DNA of 42,515 bases from a phage. The stretch is from the sequence record PP754824.1. The stretch is one strand, 5' to 3'. Made by a program: the position numbers and the translations under genes. Shown in pieces: positions 25,916 through 33,734 of the stretch (positions are counted from its first letter, which is position 1; the number at the start of each line of letters is the position of its first letter). The notes beneath the pieces were generated by a model. The model searched no databases. It was not told the DNA's origin and saw only the letters and a program-made list of their open reading frames with translations.

Positions 25916-26101
25916 ATGAAAAAATTAATCGTTATCACTGCAATGATTTTAGCTGGTTGTTCAGGCGGTGAAAGAACTATAGTTCTTATCAGTGACTACT
26001 CAGTTACAATTAGAGGTTGTGAATACAGCAATGGAGAGGTAAATCAAAATCTTTATTCGGTTTTACCAGCTGGATATTGTTTTAACAAGAAGGCCCATTA
26101 A
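25916..26101 (+). CDS. small lipoprotein (61 aa), candidate Llp/Cor-like superinfection-exclusion factor
   Basis: Signal peptide with lipobox ILAGC; convergent with and adjacent to the putative receptor-binding gene. Confidence 0.5.
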   Translation: MKKLIVITAMILAGCSGGERTIVLISDYSVTIRGCEYSNGEVNQNLYSVLPAGYCFNKKAH

Positions 26102-26112
26102 GGGCCTTATTT
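26091..26112. terminator. bidirectional terminator-like hairpin
   Basis: AGGCCCATTAAGGGCCT followed by TATTTTTATTT between convergent genes. Confidence 0.55.
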
Positions 26113-26910
26113 TTATTTGTTTTCCTTTCTTATCTCAACTGGATTGTAATTAAGAGGCAGCCTCGAGGTGTCGCAAACCATAACTTGCGTCCTCATATTG
26201 CCAACCCAGCCGCCAGTTGGTGAAACATCAAGGTATACACCTGTAGGTATTATGGATATAAATAGATTACCGGATGAGTCAAGGTGACAGCATTCATTAT
26301 AGTAGTACCCACCCTGCAATGATGTTTCAACCCACCCCCTACCAACAGGCATTGATAATGCTGAGTTTGATACGTTCGCGGAGTTGACAATATTCCCGAC
26401 GTTAGTCCAGTTACTACCACCTTCCTGATCTGAATGGTTTGGATAACTTGGATCAAGCCATAGCACATCCCTAAGTTTGAGGAAGTACCAGCCAGAATCA
26501 AAGATTATAGAACCAGATTCATTAAATATCTGCATTCCATAATCACTTCTTTCTGGCGGGATCCACTTGTCAAATATGTAATACTCTACAGTTCCTAGCG
26601 GTATGTTCCACCACTTGAATAGGTCTATGCTTGTCTTTGTTATTGTGGTATTTGGGTTAACAAAATCAGGTGATATTTTGTTAACTCCAGGCTTCTGGCT
26701 TATCCTTGACCTACTTTCGTTCATCTTTAGAAATAGAAGAGGCGAATTCATTCCTGTGGTCATGAGGCTAATTGCAGATGTGGAGTTTGCATATGAGTAG
26801 AAATTTGAATCATTAAATGTACCAGAACTTCTTAGTACGTAATTTACATCCTCTGCGTCAGCAACCTTTAAACCATAGTCATTTATTAGTTCAACACCAT
26901 AATCACTCAT
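26113..26910 (-). CDS. tail-associated protein, candidate receptor-binding / distal fibre protein (265 aa)
   Basis: Last gene of the tail operon downstream of J; Asn/Ser/Gly/Tyr/Trp-rich like beta-structured fibre tips. Confidence 0.4.
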   Translation of the reverse strand: MSDYGVELINDYGLKVADAEDVNYVLRSSGTFNDSNFYSYANSTSAISLMTTGMNSPLLFLKMNESRSRISQKPGVNKISPDFVNPNTTITKTSIDLFKWWNIPLGTVEYYIFDKWIPPERSDYGMQIFNESGSIIFDSGWYFLKLRDVLWLDPSYPNHSDQEGGSNWTNVGNIVNSANVSNSALSMPVGRGWVETSLQGGYYYNECCHLDSSGNLFISIIPTGVYLDVSPTGGWVGNMRTQVMVCDTSRLPLNYNPVEIRKENK

Positions 26911-27278
26911 TTATTATAAACTCCTAAGTGAACATCAACACCACCAACTGCAAGTATGTACCCAAGATCGTCCGGATAGGAAACATGCCTGTTTGTATAC
27001 CTGAGTGTAACTGCATTTCCAGATATTATTATATCAGGTGATACTGGATACCAGTTAGTAGATGCAGGGACCACCACCCCTGTTCTGGTATTGCAATGCG
27101 CATAAGGCGTTCCATTTGAGAAGTTAACATTAAATGAGACTTCCCATGGTATGTTTGCAGATAAAGCCCTTATCAGTGGCACGCTATAAGTGAATAGCCT
27201 CCTGCTCATTATGCTGCTATTGTCAGCTACAAGCCGCCCCGCAGAATCGTACATCTCCCAACCATACAAACCAGCCAT
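26907..27278 (-). CDS. tail-associated hypothetical protein (123 aa)
   Basis: ORF track; immediately downstream of J. Confidence 0.4.
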   Translation of the reverse strand: MAGLYGWEMYDSAGRLVADNSSIMSRRLFTYSVPLIRALSANIPWEVSFNVNFSNGTPYAHCNTRTGVVVPASTNWYPVSPDIIISGNAVTLRYTNRHVSYPDDLGYILAVGGVDVHLGVYNK

Positions 27279-27319
27279 ACAAATAAAACCTTAGGCGGGA
27301 TTTACCCGCCAATAATTTA

Positions 27320-30300
27320 TTAACCCAAGTATCCTAATTTTACCCTAACCACTCCATTCCGGTCCAGGACTCTCATCTTGCCACGATCGGAACCCCTAAG
27401 CGTCAATCCATCATCCTTATCTAGCCTCCAGCCTGAATTTGTACCCCAGTCATTAGACTGAATAAAGTTACCAATCTTCGCGTTACTGATTGAGCCATCG
27501 CCGATAACTGCACTCTTGATGATTACGTTTCCATTCTCGACAACGAAGGGGAGTTGCCACTGACCGGAGCCGGAACCAATGCCGTTACTGATAGCGAATC
27601 TGTTTGCGTCAAAAATGAATTGACTACGAACATTGTCACCAGTGCCGACAAGCTCCATGCTCATACCGGATGAATAAGTCTGTCCATTGTATTTCAGGCC
27701 AAGACTAATTCCGTACTGCACACCAGTCGATGTGGCATTAGAGAATGCGTCCAGCTTCTGGTTTAAAGCCGCCTCATTTTCACCAAGTCTTGCTGATAGA
27801 GTCGTGTCTGCAGTAGTCCTTGCTTCTGTCTCTGTGGCTAATGCAGTCTGAACTTCTGTAATCGATGCTACAACTTCATCATCTATCTGCGCCTTAAGGG
27901 CCGTTAGAGCCTCTACGCGCGCCTGAGTTTCATCGGCTATGAGATTCACAGCCTGAACATATTCAGCCTTACGCTTGCCGTTCTCCTTTGTCATTCTGCG
28001 AACATCGCCATCATTAGCCAGTGCGTTCTCGATAATTGCCTCAGCTTGATTCTGAATGTCCTGATTCTTTTGAATCGCATTCTGCTCGAGGTATTTGAAT
28101 CCTTCTGAACCTTCAATATCAACCTTGATGAAATCATTGATAATGTTTGCGTCGTCAGTACTCATGCCTCTTGCGAAATTAGACCAATCAGAGGTATTTC
28201 CGATTCTGTCAATCAATCTTGCGCGATACCAAATCACCTTACCTGGCTGAATTGGCGTATGCCAGTATTCGTAGGCAGGATAAGGAAGTAACGTAAGCAA
28301 ACTTGCATTATCAGGATTGTAAGTACCATCACCATTATCTGGAACCTGCTGAAGCTCAGTGTAAGCAGTATCGCCAGAGCCTTCAGGGAATCCCCATTTA
28401 ACACGGATACCAAATACTTCATCAGTTGACGCCGTGATAACCGTAGGTGCCGATGGGCGACCAATCTTGCCAGTTAGCGATACCGTTACAATACCAGACC
28501 AGGCAGACACGTTTTCAGTATCTGATACGCTGCGAACCCTAACGTCATAAATTCCTGCGTAAATACCTTCGATATCAACCTCTGTGCTAGCTGTTCTTGG
28601 TACGTTAATCCAGTTGCCATTCTCTTTTCTCCACTGAACATTGTAGGTTTTAGCGTATGGCGCTTTATCCCACCCGATAACCATCGTCTCAACTGATAAT
28701 CCTTGAACAACCTTGCTGTAGCTTGACACTGTTAAATTCTCAGGTGGCGACAATCTATCAGGCTCTACGACTGAAGTTGGACGGTCAACAATATTAACGC
28801 CGTAGTCAATCTCGTCATACTTGTTAGGGTCATACTCCACCGCAGTAATCGTGTACTGAAATGAATCAGAGCCGTCAGTATCTGCCTTTTGAATCCCGGT
28901 CACAACATACTGCTGAAGCGCAAGGTTATCCTTATCAATTGCGAACACAGTGTCTGGCTGAGCTACAAAACTGAAAGCAGTGTTAAGGTTGATTGTTCTG
29001 CCGTCTTCCGAAACACTGGCAATAGTTCTTGCCTCCGGGCTTCCGTCTGGCTTGTTAAGAATAATTCTGTCACCCGGCGCTGCGTCAACTTTAAACGGTG
29101 TAAAAACCTGTAGCCCCTGCACTGATTCAATGCGGCCGGAAAGGTTCAACTGATAGTTGCTCGACCATGCCGCATCATTAACTGCAATAACCTCGCCAAT
29201 CATCGGAATCATGCCTTCCAACCCGGTAGTGAAGCTGATAGTTTCGCTTCTCAGGTTGGTTTTTAGGAGCCATCTGCCGCGTCTGTTTGCTTCACTTCTG
29301 CGAGTGCAGCCAATTGCCGTAAGGTCGACTGGATTAAACCCGAACCTGCGAGTAGCCTCAAGCTCAAATACTGGCTCAACATCCTGCTGATAGTTGTTCT
29401 CTACATCATCAAACTGAACGTTTGCCGTGGTGTAAAGACTTTTATCGCTGGCAAATGTGCGACTGAACAATCCGTTTACAACGTTATCATTGGTGAAGAT
29501 GTAAGATGGGTTGCGAGGCTTATCAACCACGATGCCAATCTTTTCGCCGTCATAGAAAGTCAGGCCGCGAAAGATTGAACAGATATCACGAATTAGCGTG
29601 TAAGCCTCAACCTTGTTCTGTACAACCATATCGCAAAGGTAACGCGGCTCTAAGCCACCCTTGCCATCTGGAACCATCTGGTCACAGAATTGTGCAGCTT
29701 CGTACAGGCCCCACTTATCAATCTCTACACCCAGCTCTCGCTGGTCAAGTCCGTAACGGCGGTTTGTTACTAGGTCATAAAGAACCCATGCTGGGTTGTT
29801 TGACCATGCCATCTTGAATAGACCATTCCATGTGCCGCTATAAGTTCTGGTTTCAGGGTTATAGTTTGTAGGAACCTGAATCAACTTCCATCTCTTCTTG
29901 ATTGAGATTGTTGGGATGCCGTTAGGGAACAAGTCAGAACCAAACTCAACGTAAACCAGAGCCGTAAGCGGATAGCGGAATTTAGCGTCAATTACTTCCT
30001 GATAGGTTGTAATCTGCATACCGTTAACCAGGGTGCTACTTGTTGAATCCGGCGTAATCTTACGGATGCGAACAAGCGCGCTATCAAATTCTGCCGGAAG
30101 GTTTACGCGAATGCTTCGGTCGTAACCTGTAGTGGTCTTTCCGTTAGCAACTCCGCGAGTGTATTCCTGGTAAGCGCCACCATTAACAGAAAGGTCAATT
30201 GCATACTCGCAGGTTGTTCCGTTCAGGTCTCCATTGCTTTCTTGCTTAACCAGTCGAGGCCAGAATAGCTTAACTCGAATTGCCGAAAGCTGGCTGTTAT

Positions 30301-30676
30301 TAACCGCAATGATGTACGGGGTATCGTTCGTAATTTCCCTGGAAGCCTGAATCTCTGAGTTCGCACCGTCAAGCCCAGCGATATAGTCCTGATATTGCGT
30401 ACCAGCGCGAAACTCGGCGCGAACACCTTCATAGTTGTAGGTGCCATTCTGATTTTGCACTGGAACATCAGCAAGGTATAAATCCTTCAATGAGAAGTTA
30501 GGGTCCACCTCTCCGTCAGCAACCGCAAGTAATACCTTAACCTTGTTAAGTGAAATTAGGTTATCTTCCTGCTCCACTGGTTGATGCTGCTTCTGGTTAC
30601 CGCCTTTGGCACCATAAATCTTAATTTCTTCAGCCATATCACAAAGCCTCATGTTTGTTTTGATCATTTGTGCCAT
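27320..30676 (-). CDS. tail tip central fibre / host specificity protein J (1118 aa)
   Basis: Colinear similarity to lambda gpJ, e.g. QVPTNYNPETRTYSGTWNGLFK and RRGRWLLKTNL versus lambda LQVPSNYNPQTRQYSGIWDGTFK and HRAGLWLIKTEL. Confidence 0.85.
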   Translation of the reverse strand: MAQMIKTNMRLCDMAEEIKIYGAKGGNQKQHQPVEQEDNLISLNKVKVLLAVADGEVDPNFSLKDLYLADVPVQNQNGTYNYEGVRAEFRAGTQYQDYIAGLDGANSEIQASREITNDTPYIIAVNNSQLSAIRVKLFWPRLVKQESNGDLNGTTCEYAIDLSVNGGAYQEYTRGVANGKTTTGYDRSIRVNLPAEFDSALVRIRKITPDSTSSTLVNGMQITTYQEVIDAKFRYPLTALVYVEFGSDLFPNGIPTISIKKRWKLIQVPTNYNPETRTYSGTWNGLFKMAWSNNPAWVLYDLVTNRRYGLDQRELGVEIDKWGLYEAAQFCDQMVPDGKGGLEPRYLCDMVVQNKVEAYTLIRDICSIFRGLTFYDGEKIGIVVDKPRNPSYIFTNDNVVNGLFSRTFASDKSLYTTANVQFDDVENNYQQDVEPVFELEATRRFGFNPVDLTAIGCTRRSEANRRGRWLLKTNLRSETISFTTGLEGMIPMIGEVIAVNDAAWSSNYQLNLSGRIESVQGLQVFTPFKVDAAPGDRIILNKPDGSPEARTIASVSEDGRTINLNTAFSFVAQPDTVFAIDKDNLALQQYVVTGIQKADTDGSDSFQYTITAVEYDPNKYDEIDYGVNIVDRPTSVVEPDRLSPPENLTVSSYSKVVQGLSVETMVIGWDKAPYAKTYNVQWRKENGNWINVPRTASTEVDIEGIYAGIYDVRVRSVSDTENVSAWSGIVTVSLTGKIGRPSAPTVITASTDEVFGIRVKWGFPEGSGDTAYTELQQVPDNGDGTYNPDNASLLTLLPYPAYEYWHTPIQPGKVIWYRARLIDRIGNTSDWSNFARGMSTDDANIINDFIKVDIEGSEGFKYLEQNAIQKNQDIQNQAEAIIENALANDGDVRRMTKENGKRKAEYVQAVNLIADETQARVEALTALKAQIDDEVVASITEVQTALATETEARTTADTTLSARLGENEAALNQKLDAFSNATSTGVQYGISLGLKYNGQTYSSGMSMELVGTGDNVRSQFIFDANRFAISNGIGSGSGQWQLPFVVENGNVIIKSAVIGDGSISNAKIGNFIQSNDWGTNSGWRLDKDDGLTLRGSDRGKMRVLDRNGVVRVKLGYLG

Positions 30677-30685
30677 TCTACACTA

Positions 30686-30710
30686 AATAAAAAACCCGCA
30701 CTAGGCGGGT
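30686..30710 (-). terminator. terminator-like hairpin upstream of J
   Basis: ACCCGCCTAGTGCGGGT followed by TTTTTTATTT on the minus strand between I and J. Confidence 0.5.
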
Positions 30711-30717
30711 ATGATAT

Positions 30718-31290
30718 TTAAGCATTGTCTTCAGAATAGCTTCCCGCACTAAACACGGAGCCGCCAACCGTTCTATAACCATATGGAAGGCAAACTGGAT
30801 AACCAGCCGCTACCGTGTTTACAGCAGAGCCGAATGCGTAAGAAGCTCTATTGCTTGTCTGGTTACTTTGGTCTTTTAATCCGGTAGCTTGAGGTGAAAG
30901 AAGCTGGGCAATGCCGCCAGCAGCCAGAGAAACACCAGCGCCAATCAAGTAAACCTGCCCAGTGAAGATGCCAACTGTAATAAGCGCGGCACCTAGTATT
31001 GTCTGAAATAACCCACCAGACTTACGACCCTGCGGAACTGGAAGAATGCGTATCTCCTGAACGGCGCTAAAATCAGCAACTCTATGCTCATTAACATTTC
31101 TACCATCCACAAAAATTGCATACCTGGTGTTTTGCCCCACATGGCTATTCATGAACTCCTTGAAGGCTGGAATCTGAGAACAAAGCGCCCTCATTGCCTC
31201 AGGCACACTGTTTACTGCCATTTGGTGAACCTTGCCAAACTTGCGACCTAGAGATAGGCCTAACTTAATATCAATCAGTTTCTGGGTCAT
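30718..31290 (-). CDS. tail assembly protein I-like (190 aa)
   Basis: Position between K and J; Gly/Ala-rich hydrophobic C-terminal half. Confidence 0.6.
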   Translation of the reverse strand: MTQKLIDIKLGLSLGRKFGKVHQMAVNSVPEAMRALCSQIPAFKEFMNSHVGQNTRYAIFVDGRNVNEHRVADFSAVQEIRILPVPQGRKSGGLFQTILGAALITVGIFTGQVYLIGAGVSLAAGGIAQLLSPQATGLKDQSNQTSNRASYAFGSAVNTVAAGYPVCLPYGYRTVGGSVFSAGSYSEDNA

Positions 31291-32029
31291 AAATTACATC
31301 CTCTGGTAAATCCTTATGGCGAACAATGCGAACAGTTCGCTCGCGCCAGTAATAGGAATAAATATCTACAGAACTCATTTTACCATAAAGGTGATGTATG
31401 AATCTGTTGTTGCCAATGTAGATTCCTGCGTGGTTAGTAACCTCGCTTTGTACTTGCATCATGATCATTGAGCCAATTGGAATATCTGAAGTTTTTACTA
31501 GCTCAAAACCTTCCTTAACCCAGTTGTCGTCATAGATATTTTCCCCGTACCTCTTCTCCCACCACGGGTAATTAACTCGGTAGTCGTTTAGTTTGACGCT
31601 GTATTTTTTGTGAAATCCCATGACTAACTCCCAGCAATCAAAGCTACCCAAACCCCACGGTCGACCAATCAGTGGCATTGTTGATGGTTCAAGTATCCTC
31701 ATGTCTCCTTCTGGAATACTGACGATAACATAAGGGATCTCGCACTCGTTGCAGCTACAGATATCCGCTGGGCTAGGTCTTGTTGTCGCACCATCACCAG
31801 TGTGGGAGTGAACTACGTAAACAATTGACTCGTTATCAACCAGATTAAATGCAATGTCGGCATACTCATTTGAATCAAGTACAAACTCATTTTCAGGGTC
31901 TTTGCTGACATTGGTTATTCTATGATACTTCTGCGCACGACCCTTCTGCGTAACAACTCCACAGCACTCATGCGGGTAAACTTCCTTTGCGTGCTGGAAA
32001 ATTTCCAGTTTAACCTTTGAACTTAACAT
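31271..32029 (-). CDS. tail assembly protein K-like (MPN/JAB + NlpC/P60 domains)
   Basis: ECCGVV ... HSHTGDGATTRPSPADI (JAMM-like) followed by a Cys/His block CWELVMGFH ... HHLYG; start trimmed to the ATG at 32029 to avoid overlap with L. Confidence 0.75.
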   Translation of the reverse strand: MLSSKVKLEIFQHAKEVYPHECCGVVTQKGRAQKYHRITNVSKDPENEFVLDSNEYADIAFNLVDNESIVYVVHSHTGDGATTRPSPADICSCNECEIPYVIVSIPEGDMRILEPSTMPLIGRPWGLGSFDCWELVMGFHKKYSVKLNDYRVNYPWWEKRYGENIYDDNWVKEGFELVKTSDIPIGSMIMMQVQSEVTNHAGIYIGNNRFIHHLYGKMSSVDIYSYYWRERTVRIVRHKDLPEDVIYDPETD

Positions 32030-32042
32030 TAATAAATACCTC

Positions 32043-32810
32043 TTAGTTCTGATTGGCCTTTGCCTGAAGGCTTGCTGCCGCACAACCGCCGAAATCCAAT
32101 TGATTGTTAGCGCCAAATCTAATTTTGCAACTGTTTACCGTTCCGGAGCAGAAGTCTAATGAGGGATCACTAACTGGGTTATCATCTTTATCAAAGTATC
32201 GGTTTCCAGCATAGGCGCAACCATTGCCGCTACGATACCAGCCACGAGAAGCCCAATAGCAAACTGACTGAACAAGTCGCGCTGGAATGTAAATTCCATC
32301 CATATCCATTGGGCTACTTAGCTCAAACGAGGCAGTCTTGTAGTCAACCTGCTTTGGTCGCTCAATGAAGTAAACGAATCGTCGATAGTCCCCATCAGCG
32401 ATGCTTCCGTCTTCATTGATGTTATCGCGCGTAGTAATCCAGATAGTAACCTTAGCCTTAACTAGACCATTGTATTCACGAATCAATGCGCTAATGCGCT
32501 GGTCTACGTTTGATACTGTCAGAGTAACCTTGTTTGCCTTGCCGTCAGAAGTCATATTGATACCCGAGATACCAAATGGTCGGGGCCCATACTCTTCACC
32601 GCGGAAGGTAATTGTCTTCTCTGGCAGTGGCTCTCCGTTCATTTGGGCCAGCATGATTTCCTCTGGCGTGTATGAGATGTTTTCATTGTGGAAATTATAA
32701 ACGAGACTACCAAATGCCGTCCCATCAACCTGGATTAGTGTCACAATCTCGCCAGGGAAAAGGCTTTGCAACTGATTTTCAAACTTTGGACTTAACATGA
32801 TTTTCTCCAA
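32043..32810 (-). CDS. minor tail protein L-like (255 aa)
   Basis: Position and C-terminal Cys cluster (CYWAS...GNGCAY...CSGTVNSCK...GGC) as in lambda gpL. Confidence 0.7.
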   Translation of the reverse strand: MEKIMLSPKFENQLQSLFPGEIVTLIQVDGTAFGSLVYNFHNENISYTPEEIMLAQMNGEPLPEKTITFRGEEYGPRPFGISGINMTSDGKANKVTLTVSNVDQRISALIREYNGLVKAKVTIWITTRDNINEDGSIADGDYRRFVYFIERPKQVDYKTASFELSSPMDMDGIYIPARLVQSVCYWASRGWYRSGNGCAYAGNRYFDKDDNPVSDPSLDFCSGTVNSCKIRFGANNQLDFGGCAAASLQAKANQN

Positions 32811-32836
32811 TAAAAAAAAGCCCCTAATGGGGCTTA
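32811..32836 (-). terminator. terminator-like hairpin between M and L
   Basis: AGCCCCATTAGGGGCT followed by TTTTTTTT on the minus strand. Confidence 0.5.
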
Positions 32837-32838
32837 GT

Positions 32839-33189
32839 TTAACGCATTGAGCTAAAGACTTCCACGAATTGCATGCTTACAGTCTGAACTTCGCTACTTA
32901 ATGGCGTTACACTGATGCTATCTTGCTGAATAACAAACATAGAAGTATCGCCTTGCGGTGTTCTCCAGAAGAATGGTGTGATGATGTGATTGAAACAGAA
33001 ATCCATAACCTCACGCCAGTTCTTGTTTGTGTAAGTCATCTGGTAGCTGCGCTTATTGCTGCGGTATCCTCCCGTCCCTCTTTGTTCATAACCATTGCCA
33101 AAGCTAACAATACGCACGTTATTGGTGTTAGAGAATGTCGCGCCTCCATTTTGAATCTGAGTGCAAAAATTAAACGTATCTAGAGCCAT
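32839..33189 (-). CDS. minor tail protein M-like (116 aa)
   Basis: Size and position directly after the tape measure gene (HNH insertion apart). Confidence 0.6.
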   Translation of the reverse strand: MALDTFNFCTQIQNGGATFSNTNNVRIVSFGNGYEQRGTGGYRSNKRSYQMTYTNKNWREVMDFCFNHIITPFFWRTPQGDTSMFVIQQDSISVTPLSSEVQTVSMQFVEVFSSMR

Positions 33190-33190
33190 A

Positions 33191-33661
33191 TTATTTACCC
33201 CCGTGATTTTTGTGATAATTAAGGGCTATCTCTGCGCTTTTTCTCGCTTTTACAGCCTCTTCAAAATTGCTTGTTGTTAATAGAATTCTCTTACCTATCT
33301 TTGATATAAATTTTTTCTTTGTTTTGCAGTAACTAACCACGACAACGCCAGTTTTATTTGATGAGTACATGCTTTTGTTTTTCATGTTATCACTCTTCGT
33401 TACCAGTCTTATGTTTGATATGTTGTTGTTTTTTCTAGAGTGGTCAATGTGATCAATTTCCATGTCATCAGCTATTCTTCCATTAAACATTTCCCATACA
33501 ACCCTATGGGCCATTACCTTTACACGCTTGTATTGAACGATTATGTAACCTCTCTTTTCACAAAAGAAACCAGCAACATCGCCAATATTGTATTGTATTG
33601 CTGGCTTTATCTTCCAATAAAGAACGCCATTTCTATAATCAAAAATATCATTCCAGTTCAT
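33191..33661 (-). CDS. HNH homing endonuclease (156 aa)
   Basis: EIDHIDHSRKNNNISNIRLVT HNH motif; N-terminus MNWNDIFDYRNGVLYWKIK paralogous to 4393..4899; inserted between tape measure and M. Confidence 0.85.
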   Translation of the reverse strand: MNWNDIFDYRNGVLYWKIKPAIQYNIGDVAGFFCEKRGYIIVQYKRVKVMAHRVVWEMFNGRIADDMEIDHIDHSRKNNNISNIRLVTKSDNMKNKSMYSSNKTGVVVVSYCKTKKKFISKIGKRILLTTSNFEEAVKARKSAEIALNYHKNHGGK

Positions 33662-33689
33662 TTTATCTCCTTATGATTTTAATGAGTTG

Positions 33690-33734
33690 ATTATAGCAAG
33701 CCAAATCCTTTTGGCTTTACCATTTTGTGCTATT
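33690..33734 (-). promoter_or_regulatory. conserved promoter box variant (AATAGCACAAAATGGTAA), 22-nt spacer, -10 TATAAT
   Basis: Spacer hairpin AGCCAAAAGGATTTGGCT; RBS AAGGAG; drives the HNH gene. Confidence 0.55.

Noticed and set aside
28234-30474. Short ORFs nested in or antisense to the J gene (28234..28464, 28486..28710, 28889..29113, 29157..29390, 29506..29817, 30223..30474)
   Set aside because: All lie within a 1118-aa ORF with clear gpJ-like similarity; no independent support.
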